NCBI GenBank assembly: GCA_030324005.1
Contig: JARDVH010000193.1
Coordinates: 82,477,012 to 82,541,011 of the forward strand
DNA from: Negaprion brevirostris
Lineage: Eukaryota
Reading direction: 5' to 3'
DNA length: 64,000 nt
Below the pieces are notes generated by a model. It ran no database searches. It was not told the DNA's origin and was given only the letters and a program-made list of their open reading frames with translations. Numbering within the stretch: the first letter of the stretch is position 1; each line of letters opens with the position of its first letter. Shown here in pieces: positions 48,013-61,019 of the stretch. The position numbers and the translations under genes are program-made.

Positions 48013-49279
48013 TTTAAAAATTCTGTCATATGATCGAATCCCCAAGGGGTCTCGCACAGCTCAATTAGCCNNNNNNNNNNNNNNNNNNNNNNNNNNNNNN
48101 NNNNNNNNNNNNNNNNNNNNNNNNNNTCCATGGCTGATCCTCCCGCCTGGATTGATAACTCCCCCCCCACGCATGGGCTATCTGATCAACCCATCTTTGT
48201 GCGTCCCCTCCTCAGCACAGACCATCCGATTCTTCCTATCCCCACACTACCCCCCCGCAATCATGGAGCTCCGCAGCCGTGCCACCATCCACCGTACACA
48301 GGGCCAATCACTGGTTGCAGACCATGCAGTGAGTGCCCCCCAATCATTGTTGCAGAGCTTGCAGCATGTGCCCCTCCCTCCTTCTCCGATGTCGGTAGTG
48401 GTACTTACCCGACGGGGTGAAACTGTTATCACCTGACAGGTGTATGCTTGTGACCGTTTGGCTAAGTGAAGTATCAATTCAAGCCCAAGGTCATTTGTCA
48501 TCTTGGATCTTGTATGCCTCTCTTGTGGGAACTATGAATTGGATTCAATTTGAATTGGCTTTTGGAGCAAGCAAGGAGATGAATTCGGAGCTTTGCCTTC
48601 TCATTCCATGCATTGGCCTTGTAACTTTATGAATGGAACAAAAATAGAATGGAAACCTGAAAGTTCATGGAACAGATATTTCCGTGGCTCTTTTCTTGAA
48701 AAAGGGAAGAGTCCTATTATTCCTACCACCTGCCTCAGTATGAGACCTGCGTGCTGCCACATTCATCCTAATGTCTAAGTCTGCCCTGGTCCCATCTCCA
48801 AAACCCAGAAGATGCTGGCCATGAGTATGCAGCAGTCAGAGCAGGGGAGCGAGTGGCCTGTCACTCGAGCCGCTTGAACCACAGAGTTAGCACCATCTGG
48901 AGTAATAGGAAATGGAAGAGTAAGACTCCATAGTTTCACAAGGGAAATCACCAAGGTGTTTAAAAGTTTGTTGAATTATCATTTTGATTTTCAAAATTTT
49001 GCTCTATAAACTTTATTTCAAAGCTATATTACCTATTGATCCCATTGTTGTCTGTTCCTTGCTAAAGGGCCTTAAATCTTGCAGAAAATACAAAGCCAAG
49101 AGTAGACAATGTGCAATGAAGATAGGAGTGGATCTTCACAGTAGGTTGCTTTGTGGTGGGGTTGAGCACAATAGGTTCAGATTTAATGTACNNNNNNNNN
49201 NNNNNNNNNNNAGAAAGCTCTGATTATCATAATTGTTCAGAATCAGTTAGCCCTATGCATCTCTGACAACTGAGTTTAC

Positions 49280-49445
49280 AGTTGCAAGCACTCTGGTCAT
49301 TTCAAGCTTCCTCACCACCTTGTGCTACTCCGTGTTGCTCTGGTTATCTTCTTCCTCCTCCTTCTTCTCTTCAGATGCAGAGCAATCATCCTGTAGCTCC
49401 AGGCCCCTCTGCTGTGCTATGCTGATGAAGGTACAGCACACTTAT
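49280..49445 (-). mobile_element. HARBI1-like C-terminal remnant
   Basis: Minus strand CCTFISIAQQRGLELQDDCSASEEKKEEEED, comparable to CCxLHNIAQQRG plus an acidic tail. Confidence 0.55.
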
Positions 49446-49505
49446 TTCATGAAGCAATAACATTCCATTTGTCTTCCTAATCACTTGCGCCACCCACATA
49501 CTCAC

Positions 49506-50330
49506 TGGGCCCTATTTTACTATTTTGATTCTAAATGCTGGATGGACTTGAAACAAGGAGTGTTTCAGATCTATCTTTGAGACCCATTCTCCAGCGCCCC
49601 CATACACACTCTGCCTGCAAAAATATCAGCGATTCCGAATCACGATGCAAAAGCCTGTGGGTGGGGCTTAACTCACCCGAAACACTGTAGCTCTGATTGG
49701 AACCTCCAACTGCACGTGTGCAGAAAATACACGTGCACTATCAGTTGTGACTGATAGAACGCAGGTCCCCTGCCACATTGCTCCCCCTGACCCCCACAGA
49801 CATTGCCTCACCCCCACAACATNNNNNNNNNNNNNNNNNNNNNNNNNNNNNNNNNNNNNNNNNNNNNNNNNNNNNNNNNNNNNNNNNNNNNNNNNNNNNN
49901 NNNNNNNNNNNNNNNNNNNNNNNNNNNNNNNNNNNNNNNNNNNNNNNNNNNNNNNNNNNNNNNNNNNNNNNNNNNNNNNNNNNNNNNNNNNNNNNNNNNN
50001 NNNNNNNNNNNNNNNNNNNNNNNNNNNNNNNNCCCCCACTAATCTCAGGCAGAGTGGCACCGGACCCTCCTTTCCCCTTACTGTTCTCAGGCAGAGTGGC
50101 AGCAGAACCCTCCACCCTATGATCTCAAGCAGAGTGCTACTGGATGTTGGGCACCTACCTCCTCACTAACTGGGGAATTGCTGGTAAAGTTGGGCATGCG
50201 ACCCATTAAGTCAATTTAAATGCATGCATATCTTATACAATGGCCTCTGTGGTCACTATGTCTGGTCTCTGTACGTGGAGACCAATAATGATCCCTGTCA
50301 GTGCCAAGCCATGCCAATGGGTGGGAACAT
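49506..50330. mobile_element. Non-autonomous Harbinger-like element with GGCAGAGTGGC subrepeats
   Basis: Starts GGGCCCTATTTTAC (compare 62259 GGACCTGATTTTAC); repeated TCTCAGGCAGAGTGGC at 50043-50140. Confidence 0.45.
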
Positions 50331-50387
50331 TGTATTTCTTATGTTCTTATGTTCTTATGTAAGATGCCTTTACATATTAATGTCTAT

Positions 50388-50800
50388 TGTTAGGGTATGA
50401 GATCAGAAACTCCAAGTTAAATGATGAAGTTTAATTAAACCCCAATTCTATTTGCTATTTTGGGATTAATTTGAGAATATGATGTTTCACTCTGGGCATG
50501 ATGCTACTGACAATCAGTCAAGCTTTTATCAAGACAAATTTTATTTAGCGTACTTTGACTGTAACAAATGAATTAGCTTAACAATTGAACAATTTTTAAA
50601 CATAGAAAGGTACAATTGTTAACTGCTAGCCTATCCCTATGAGTTCTAATTCAAGTAATATTCCTTTTACAGACTTACAACTCCCCTTCAGAATCAGTTA
50701 GCAAACACAGACTTATGTATTTGTAATTAGATTGCTAGTCCTAGAGTTCTCAGAGTGTTTCTGTAGACAGAGATAGGGAGACATGTCTTGCTTCTTTCAG
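50388..50800. mobile_element. Possible LTR fragment
   Basis: Begins TGTTAGG and has an AT-rich LTR-like composition; no partner LTR or internal ORF is seen. Confidence 0.25.
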
Positions 50801-51354
50801 GACCAGGCTGAAACCACCTGTGCCAGGCTGGTATTGGCCAAGGAGAACACCGCCTACCCCNNNNNNNNNNNNNNNNNNNNNNNNNNNNNNNNNNNNNNNN
50901 NNNNNNNNNNNNNNNNNNNNNNNNNNNNNNNNNNNNNNNNNNNNNNNNNNNNNNNNNNNNGGCCAAGGAGAACACCGCCTACCCCCAATGTCACGGTGGG
51001 GGGGGGGGGGGGTGGGGGGTGTCCACAATGGCCTATGCCCTCACCAGTGAGGCCATCACACCTGGTCCCTTTTGATGGGGGATCAGCTTTAATCCCTCCA
51101 CATGGGAGCCTTCCCCAGCGGGTTGGGAAAAGTTAGCAAGCCCAGACAAAACTGTCCCAGGCACAATAATGACATTCAAATTCTGATCTTAATATGGTAA
51201 CCTGCCTCGTTCTGTTTCCAACCACAAGGTTGATTACACCATAAACAAACCAGCTAGATTCCAGTTGTGATTCCCGTTTAAGCCCTCCCACCGGTATTTC
51301 TTGGCCTGCTGCACTACCCAAGCAGCACAGTGGGTCAGGAAAATCATGCCCCAC

Positions 51355-54000
51355 ATCTTTTAACCACATTGTTTGTTATCTCCTCAAAGAACTTCAATAA
51401 ATTAAACAACTCAATTTCACTTGACAAAAACAAGTTGAATCGACCAGATTGCATTGAGATTTTCTGGGTACCTAATGTTAATATGCTTCAGAATAGATTC
51501 CAGCATTTTCCCTTTGACAGATGTTAAGCTTTAGTTGGGCCTGTAGTTTCTTGCTTTTTGCCTCCTCCAAGAAGTTAATGTGTTATTTTCCATTCTGATG
51601 GGATCTTTCCAACATGTAGGGAATATTTAAACATTAAAACAAATATGTCTACTTTCTCACCAATTATTTTTTTCAAGTTCTTGTGATGAAGTCCATCAGG
51701 ACTTAGTGGGGGGGATACTATCCAGATTTTAGTTGTGATAATACTGTAATGTTAATGTATTTTATATTTAAGGGGAACTTCTTTAAGAGGCGATATTTTT
51801 CTACAGAGAGTCAGTTTATCTGGCAGGAATGCAGCAGATGCTGAGAAAGGAGAATAATTACTCATTTTAGACACGGTGTTGTTAAATGAAGTTTGTTTTG
51901 TTAAAAGCTCCCTAATTTGTCAGTAGAATCATGCAAAATATCGTATCCTCACATAGTGGCAAAACAGAAAATTGTGGGGATCCAGTTTGGTTTCATAATA
52001 CGCTTGGGATTCTGACCTGGCAGTCTAGCATTGTAATAGTTTTCTCATTATTCTTTTCCTGGTGATTATAATTTTTTTTACTCTCTCCCTACCTTTCGCC
52101 ATCTGATGCATACCTATTTCTGGAATTCTATTTGCAATTTTCACAGCAAAGACAGATGCAATCTGTTATTCCACCATTTCTTTTTTTCCATTAACTAATT
52201 CCCCAGATTCATTCTGTAGAGGAACGATGCTCACTTTACTTATTCCTTTCCTTTTTAAATACCTGTCAAAATTCTTAGGCTGGCATTTTCCAGCCCTGGT
52301 GCAGCAGGTCCTAACTTGGCAATTCATACTTCCATTCATTTCAGTGAGACTGGAAGATCCTGTTGGAAGGTGGGACAAGAAAATTCTGACCTATGTATTT
52401 GTTTATATATTTCTCACCAATTAATCTTTTAGTAATGTATTGTTATTTATATATTCAGTTCAATCTTCTGACTAGCCACCCATCTTTGTGAAGTAAACAC
52501 ATTTTTTTCTTTCAGTTTGATACCATCTTTGACTTCTTTGGCTAACCATGGACAGTGTGTCATTCCCTTAGAGTCTTTCTTTGTCACTGGAATGTTTCTT
52601 TTCCAAGTATTCTGAAATCTTTTCTTAAATGTCTTGATTTGATTTGATTTATTATTGTCACATGTATTAGTATACAGTTCTTTAATGTATCTTTACTTAC
52701 CTATCCCATAAATTAATTCCCAAGTTCACTTTTGCCAGTTCTGCCTTTATACCCTTTAGTTGCCCGTATTTAAGTTTAAAATATTAATTTAGGTACACTC
52801 GTCTTTCCCTTAAACTGAATGCAAAATTTAACCATATTATGATCACTGTTACCATGAGGACATTAATTAATCCTGTTTTGTTGCATATTGCCGGATTTGG
52901 AATGGCTTGTTTACTGGTTGGCTCTAGCAAGTGCTACCCTGAGAAGTTAGCCCAAAGACATTCTATGAACCCATCTTCCAAACTGACTTGATCAATTTGA
53001 TTCATCCAGTCAGTTTGTAGATTAATATCACCCATGATTATCATTGTACCTTTTTCACAAGCTCCCATTATTTTTTCCTGTACGCTCCATCCTACAGTGA
53101 GGTTACTGTTTGGGGGGGCCTATAAACTACCCCCACAAATGACTTCCTACCTTTAATATTCCATGGGGGATTCTCCACCTCTGCTTGCCTCAAAACCAAA
53201 GAATCCCACCTAAGGTCAACTAAAATTCCCGTGGCTGGCGTGACAGAGAATTCCGGCCCATATCTGTACCCAAATTGATTCTATATCTTGACTTTTAGAA
53301 GTAAGGTCATCTCCTTCTATTGCACTGTTATCCTTAATTAACAGAGTTATCCTTCAGCTTTCCTGTTCTTCTGAAATGTTATGTACCCCTGAATATCTAG
53401 GTTCTAGTTTTTGCCACCTTGTGGCTTTGTCTTTGTAATTGTTATCAAATTATCTATTTGTGCTGCCAATTCATCTGTCTTGTTATAAATGTTACATGCA
53501 TTCAGGGACAAAGCCCTAACTCTATTTTTAAACCATTTTTGCAAACTCTGGCCCTATCTATTGGTGCATACTTACATATGTATACTCTGTCCCTTCCTGC
53601 CATACTTTGATTACCACTTCTCTTATTACTATCTTGCTCTCTTGCCTTGTCTTCTCACGTCTTCCCACATTTCACCCCTTTGCCCCACTATTTAACTTAA
53701 AAGCCCTCACTACCACTCTAGTTATATGACTTATCAGAACACTGCTACCAGCACAATTCAAGTGAAGAGCATACCAGTTCCTAATTTCTTTCATACTGGT
53801 GTCAGTGTCCCGTGAATCAAAACTTATTTTTCCTACACCAATCTTTGAGCCACACTTCCAACTCCGTAAATTTATTTACTTGACACCAATTTGTTCTTGA
53901 TTCAGTTAATAATTCAGAGATTGAATTATTTCCAATAATTGAAAATCTTTGAGGTTTCGCTGTTTAATTTAGCTCCTAGCTACTCATACTCCCTGAGCAG
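51355..54000 (-). mobile_element. Long, heavily decayed CR1 (endonuclease to RT) with nested MITEs and a Rex1 tail
   Basis: Minus strand VSIVPLQNESGELVNGKKEMVE, VGVVYRPPNS (about 53100-53135), IIMGD.NL.TDW (about 53005-53040) and SDHNMVKF (about 52825-52848). Confidence 0.7.
53165..53258. mobile_element. 94-bp MITE with CAT target-site duplication
   Basis: CAT|GGGGGATTCTCC…GAGAATTCCGGCC|CAT. Confidence 0.65.
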
Positions 54001-55734
54001 AATCGAGAAAGCTATCTTTTGTCTATGTACTCTGTGCTGAGGATACACTTCCTGTGAGTTGGAGTTTAGTGTTTAGCCCCTCTGCCCTGTGGAGATCTTT
54101 CTTACTCTTGCTGCTGCAGGTGCTGCAGTTGATGACACACCTGGTGTTGCTTTTCTTGTTCCTTATCTGAAGTCCTGGGTTATCTATGAGTGGTCCCCAT
54201 GTTATGATGAAGGCTGACAGCTGGAAAATGCACCTCGAAGTCAAAAACCCCAGGTAGTTATTACCTCAAAGTCTCGGAAATCACTTCCAAATCATTGAAA
54301 ATCCACAGTCAGAAAATGTCCCGTGTGCTAAAGCCTTTCACTTCATCAAAGAAGTATTTCTATCTTTAAAAGGTCTCCAGCCTGTCATTGCTCAGAGTTG
54401 TCCATTGCCATTTTCCTCTTGCCTTATTCAGCTTGTTGAGTTCCAGGAAGTGCAGGAAGCCCAGGCTTTGGAAGTTAAAGCTGCAAACAATGGCTCAAGA
54501 TATAGTCAATTGAATTTTACCATAAGTGAATTGCAGACCTGCATGTTCCATAGGGGCTTCTGAGTGTTTGTGAACATACCCCAGTTAACTTCAGAAATCA
54601 GTGACTTTGCAATATATTTGGCATTTTAAAAAAGTTTTAACGCCCCATATTCATCAAAACCCACACGGCCTGGCAAGTTATATCTCAATTTCTTCCCATA
54701 ATTCTATCTGATTCTCTACTACTTTTAAATGCTAAATGTTCTTTTTCTATTTTTTTCAAAATGTATTACCTGATTTTGAATTTCACCAAGTATGTAACTA
54801 CCCAATCTATTCATCTGCCTGCTTAATGTCACTTACAATGCTCTTTGATTCACCATGTTTCCTATTTCTGAATCTGCATCAAATTTGATACTCTGCCCAA
54901 ATCCAAGTCTTTATATAATGGAGAAAAAAACAGTATTTCAGTTCTCCACCAGGTACATCTGCTTATGTTCCTCACCCCCTTGTCATTATATTCCTTACCA
55001 TTGAAAGAAGTAAAATCGCACAATTACTGCACTTTTCACTCATGGTGCAGTGTTGGCTGTTGCTGCATCTGGGTTCCACTATTTGTAAAGCTCTACGTTT
55101 GAGTTTCCTCTGTGGGAAAGGTTACTGGGACAAAGGGACATTCCTTTCAAGCATATGTATCATTGGTTGAGTGAATATATATTTTCTCAGAGGAGTATCA
55201 CTGTTTGGGGCAGGTTTCTTACGGGTGCAGTATGTACTGCTACCTTACAGCCATTTAAGAAGGCACTTGACAGTTCCTGAGGAAGGATGGCATTGGATCT
55301 AAGCAATGTTTTGCCAGTGAGTTAAATTGAACTAATACTATGTCCATTGGTAACCACATTCTATTGAAGTTTACTTGATTACTTTATTGAGTGTGGAATG
55401 AATCCCCCAGAGAATTTCCTGGAATAGGTTGTGATTTGTTTTCCTTTAGCTGAGATTGGGAGATGACAGTGCGCAAGATCGCACCATCTGTCAAGTACTC
55501 TATTAAATTTGTAGCTCAACCAGTTAAACTGATTAATAACATTTCAATTGGAACAAGTATAAGAAAGGGAATTGGTGTTAAGAGTGTTCCTTGTACACAA
55601 AGCTCTGGAAGGCATTAATTAAAATCAAACATCATATTGACTTGATTTTAAAAGAGGGATTATTCTTAATTTAAGTCATAGATGTGAGACTGAGACCTGT
55701 TGCTTTCAATCCTTTGTATGGGGGAACTTCAAAC

Positions 55735-55985
55735 AACTTCATGTGAAGGAAGTTTTTCAAATTGCAGGAGCTAAAGTTCAGGATTTCCAAGCTTGAGGTG
55801 CAGCGGGAGTCACTGTGGTGAGTCAGGGATGATAAAACATTCCAGGACCTAACACTCCAGGAGGTGTCACTGCACAGACAAAGAGAATTCAGGATAGATG
55901 GGTGGCCACCTGAAAGAGTGGGAAGAGGTAGGAGGTGCAGGAGTGTTTGAGGTGTGTGCCACTGACATTGGAGACTGCTAAACTG
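55735..55985 (+). mobile_element. CR1 ORF1 (zinc finger/leucine zipper) remnant
   Basis: …RKFFKLQELKFRISKLEVQRESLW resembles CR1 ORF1 CxKCxxLxxLxxRIxELE. Confidence 0.5.
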
Positions 55986-56129
55986 CATCATGCTCTGTAT
56001 ATGATAAGCTTCCAGTCAATAGTTTATATTTTAAAACTGGACACAAAAGCCTAAAAAGAATGACAACTCAAGAGTGACCTAACTTCTTTTGTGGATTGAA
56101 ATTACTCCTCTGTCTTAAGAGAAAACATA

Positions 56130-56441
56130 AGGGGGCCAGCAAGGTGATAGAATGTGTAGCACTGCAGCCACACAGTGCTAGGGACCCAGGTTCAATTCTA
56201 GCCTCTAGTGACTGTCTATGTGAAGTTTGCACATTCTCCTTGTGTCTGAATAGGTTTCCTTTGGATGCTTTGGTTTTCTTCCACAGTCTAAGGATGTGTA
56301 GGTTAGGTGGATTGGCCATGATCAATGCATGAGGTCACAGAGTTAAGGTGGGGGTTTGGACCATGGTAGGGTGCTCCTTTCGAGGGTCAGTGCAGACTCG
56401 ATGAGCTGAATGCTTCTTCTGCACTGTAGTGATTTTATAAT
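56130..56441 (+). mobile_element. HE1-like SINE (tail A)
   Basis: GGGACCCAGGTTCAATTC head, core, and GGTCAGTGCAGACTCGATG…CTTCTGCACTGTAG tail. Confidence 0.85.
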
Positions 56442-59400
56442 CAGGAAAATTCAAGACTGGTGTGAATCAATGTCCCTTTATGAAACCAGTCCAAAAGGAT
56501 ATTATCAAATTGAATAGGTTATTCAAAAACAGAGGTGCTGATTGTATCAAACCTGCAAGTTGTTAAACTACAATACAGGATATTGGAATCAATATACATG
56601 GTGTGTTTTATTTTTGGAAAAGGACCTTGAGCTTGTTAAAGTCCCATGATGAGAGAGCCATATTGTTGTCAGTTTTATAAATCAGCTAGTTCACCAAAAT
56701 CCATCAAACCAGCTGCAAGTAATCCAAGCAGCCAAGGTAATTAACAACAGTATCTTTATAGTGGGAGACCCTAGCAGTAAGAAGGACTCCTCCAAGCTGT
56801 TCCAGCTAAAGTTCATCTGACAGCCAATCTCCTAGGAATTCAAATATAAGAAACCTTGCAACATCTGAGACTCCTTCAGTTTACAAGACACTCACTCCAA
56901 CTTTAAAGCGGGCGCTTCATTCAAGGAACCAGGCCTGCTTACATGGGAGATGGAGATCATAAAACAAATATCAAATTAGCCACAATTTGGAACAGTACTC
57001 AAGCATTCAGTTTGTGTGTGTATGTGGGAACAAGTGTATGAGAGATGTTACAATTTATATTTGGGATAAGTATGTGAGATTAAACAACCTTTTTAGTTTT
57101 AAACTCATAAAAACTTGCTGTTGAAAATACTTAATGCTGGAACCACATTCCAATGGTAGAAAAATGCACATCTCTTACATCGCACCAACCACAGGCAGTA
57201 AGAAAACACATCAATTCTTTCCATGTCAGAATCGGGTGCTGCAGTCGAGCAATCTGGTGCATGTTAATGGAAACGGTTGAGATCAAAGTGACCAAAAATA
57301 TACGTTTTCTTTTAACATTGAAAAGTTTGAAGAACTGGAGTGTCTTGTATGGACTACATTCTTCATTGCCCATTTCGCAGTTTGGTCACTTCTGCTGGTA
57401 TCCGGAGGTGCTGCTGCCTATCGCCTGCAAGGAAGTGGCAGACCCCAACATAGCTACTCTCTGCCTTTGCTGTGTAGATAACTTCTGCCTTCTCATGGAG
57501 CTCAGCAAAACCAATTGGGTGCTGAATCTCCTCCAACACAGTTAGTTATATTTTAAGATAGTGTCACATGAACAATACTGTTGCGGTGTGGTGTTCAGAC
57601 CTAGAACAAATGTTTCAGACCCCGATTTGAAAATTCAGCCCAAAAACTCTATCTTGTGGATAAGATGTGTCGTGATGGATCTGACAGTATTTTCTCACAC
57701 AATGTTTGTATGTTTGTAGAAGACAAAAGGTATTACTCATTCCATATTTTATTATTCTTTCTGTGTGCATTTCATGCGCTGTCACAGGTTGCAGCTTTCT
57801 TAAGACAAAGGCTTATTTGTGAAAAGGGTCCAAATGAGTTTGAAAGATGATCAGCCAAGTTTAATTGGGGAAGAGGAAGGAAGCAACCGTAACTTAGGAT
57901 GAACCTCTCTTAAACCCAACAAACCAAGGCCAGTACTTTCCCTGAGAATGAATAGTTAGAACAATGGTTTTGGGTGCGGCATTCAGATGATGGTGAATGA
58001 ATATTGCCTTCTTCCTTTATATCTGCCTTCTAGATATAGCAACCTATAGCTATCCATTGTCAGCTGTTTCAATTATTTATGATAACATTTCTATCACCAG
58101 TAAAACAACCATTCATAACTCAGATCTGCCAAGGTTTTATTTGTTATTAATAGGCTGAACCATTTCTTCTCATTGATTTATTTCATAATTGTAAATTTTC
58201 AAACAATGACTTTTTACTTCAGTTACATTGTTTGTTATCATGATATTTTAAAAATACATTCACAGGATATGGATGTCACCAGCAAGGTCAGCATTTGTTG
58301 TCCATCCTTAATTGCCCTTGAGAAGGTGGTGGTGAGCCGCCTTCCCACCATGATAGGATTCGAGTTCATGTTTTTCAATAACCCATTCAGTTACATAAGC
58401 ACCATGCTAGCTCATCTCTGTATAAGTTGCACTCTTTCTTACTATCAGGAAAGGGTATTCATAATCTGACGTCGCTATAGCTGAACTTTCAAGTTATTGT
58501 GATTTTTATTCTGAATGAATTTTACTTTCCTGTCTTTGTTTAGAGTATGCTCATCACGCAAGGGGTAGAATATTTTTTCTTTTTGTTAGGCAACCAGCAG
58601 ACAAAGAAGAATTTAATACCAATACATTTGGCTGCACTTTGACCTCTGGTGGCAGAGGTTAACAGCAAATGTCCAATAGACTGAAGAATTGAACCCTGCC
58701 CCCCGGCACGGCCGCCAATCCCCCCTGTCTTGTTCCTGAGTCGTAAAGCACAAACACATTAGCTCAGCGGTTCAATTCCTTCTTGGGGCAGCACTTTGAC
58801 AGAGAGGACAAATATTGTGGTGAAATTCTAATCCACTGGAGGAATTATCTGCAAATACTAATAAGGACCCGTGGACGGGGCGGAGTGGGTGGGGGGGGGG
58901 ATCTGGAAATATTCCCGGTGTACCCTGGAGACTCTGCCAGACACACTTGGAAATTGTAATGCAGGGGCGTAGACATAGGTGCCTAATAAACCACCACGTA
59001 GATCCCATGAAGTGAAATTCCAAAAGGAATCAATTGCTTTTAGATTTGCATGTCCACCAGCGAGACAACAGAATAGTTGACTAATCTTAATATTTTTGGC
59101 TCCATTTGATTTGGCTCCCCCCCCCCCCGGGGTTGGCAAGATGGCAATCCTGTAATAGTGTATTTTGTATTTTCAAATGTTGTGTGCCCCTTCTGAATTG
59201 CTTTTGGCATAGGAACACCTCTAGAATGGAAATTACCCTCTGTCTAAAATTTTTCAATCTGATCTAAGGATGTGGGTGATGCTAGCCTTATTCTAAGTGT
59301 CTTATATTTAAGTGTTATTTGACAATCCAAGCGTGGACATAATTCAGCTACTGCTGTAGATCAGCATGGGTTGTTTCAATATCAGAGGGGTTGTAAGTAG

Positions 59401-60856
59401 ATTTGAACACTATTGAATTATCAGCTGTAAGTGGTTGGTCTAAGGATACTGCCCTGAGGAATTCCTGCCGTGATGTGCCATGCTGTGAAGAATGGCCTCC
59501 AACAACGATGAGAAATCTTCCTGTGTGTCAAACATGAATGCAACCGCTGTAGTTTCCCACTGCCCCAAATTACGCTCAGACTTTTGGTGGCATGCTGAGT
59601 TGATGTAGAGGACAGATACACTCACTGCTCTTTGAACACTCAGCTGATGTTACCATGTCTGAATCAGCACTGTGATAAGTTCAGGAACAAAACAGCTCTG
59701 ATGGAATCCAACTGGAATGGCATGACCTAAGTACTGAGTAAAAGTTCCCCATGCCTCAATTCTGGCAGCTGGAATGTTTTGGCATTTCAGTCAAAATTCA
59801 TTGTAATGAGACATCATACATTATCAACCCAGCGGTTAGAGTTACTTAGTTATCTGCTGAATGAATGGATCCACATGAGGTGCAATTGATTTTAACTTCT
59901 TACACATTAACCTCAAATCACTGGGTAGTAACATAAAAAGAGCTGATAAGCTTACAGATACAATGAGGCAAGAGCTAAGAAAAAGCCACTTAGTTCAGTA
60001 AGCATCTATGCATCATATATATTATACTGCAACTTGGGCTGTCCTCCATTGATATTATTAACTGAAGGAGCTCTCTCGCTCCCAAATCAAAAGAAAAATC
60101 CATAATATTCCTTCAATCTCACCTCTCTATTGTTCAAACCTGATCTCCACAGGCAATCTCTCCCTCTTCTCACCACCAACTTGCCTCTGAACAAGAAACA
60201 TCAGGGCTGATCTTTCACCCGCAGCAGTGCATGAGAGCGAGTGTGGGTGAGGGTTCAAATCCACTGACATTTACAGTGCATTTCAAAGCTGGCAACTTCC
60301 ACATTTGACTTGCCAATTTCCATATGCCGATCACTCAATTAGAACAAATATTTCAGCAAACTTGACTTTAACGTTTCCCAGGTTTCATCAAACTTTCCAG
60401 TGAATTTCCATTGAGAATTGAGGGGCTGAATCAATCTCAGGAAAATATGCCAATAAAAACTAAGTATTCACAGTTGCTGATGTGGACATGTTGCTTACAT
60501 GCTGATGGGAAAATACCTTTACTGAGAAGTTATTTCATAGACTTTGGAAGCTTGCTCCATCCCATCACTGCTGCAATGTTGCCTTAATGAGGGCCAAGAT
60601 GATCAGCAAACTTTCGCTGGTCACAGACCTTAGGCTGCATGACAGAATGGGGAGCAGCAGAGAGAGAGACAGTAAAAAAGGGAGTAAATGAAATGAGAGC
60701 AACAGAGAGGCAACTAGCTGATACTCACAGCAAACATTATCCACAAAACAANNNNNNNNNNNNNGATCAGTTCCTTTAGCATATCTGAACATAAGTGTTC
60801 CAGGAGGCTCAGGATATCTCCTGAGTTGGTGTCAGATGTCTGGATCTTCTGAAAAG

Positions 60857-60875
60857 TCCTGCCACCTGCTGGACA
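60857..60875 (-). promoter_or_regulatory. Candidate CTCF site
   Basis: Minus strand TGTCCAGCAGGTGGCAGGA fits the CTCF core CCASYAGRKGGCR. Confidence 0.45.
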
Positions 60876-61019
60876 ATGTCCTACCAGCTACCAGTCACCG
60901 CTTCCCTCAACACTTTCCCTCTGGATCTCTCCAGGACTCTCTGGTAGATGTGTGCAAAATTTCTACGCTGGTGTCCACAAAGGGATAAAAACAAAGACCA
61001 GGTGAATAGTGAGTCTTTT

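Noticed and set aside
49340-49436. Apparent + strand exon with a long pyrimidine tract and AAG|GTACAG donor
   Set aside because: The tract is the antisense of the Glu-rich tail of a HARBI1 remnant.
50836-50985. GGCCAAGGAGAACACCGCCTACCCC on both sides of a 100-N gap
   Set aside because: Most likely a collapsed tandem repeat or contig overlap. Only two copies with no visible spacer, so not CRISPR-like.
54095-54260. Acceptor-like TTCTTACTCTTGCTGCTGCAG and later CAG|GTAGTT
   Set aside because: The two frames I translated stop before the donor and the peptides are unrecognisable.
57153-57545. 130-aa ATG ORF in unique DNA
   Set aside because: No recognisable domain, composition typical of random ORFs, and no convincing splice or promoter context.
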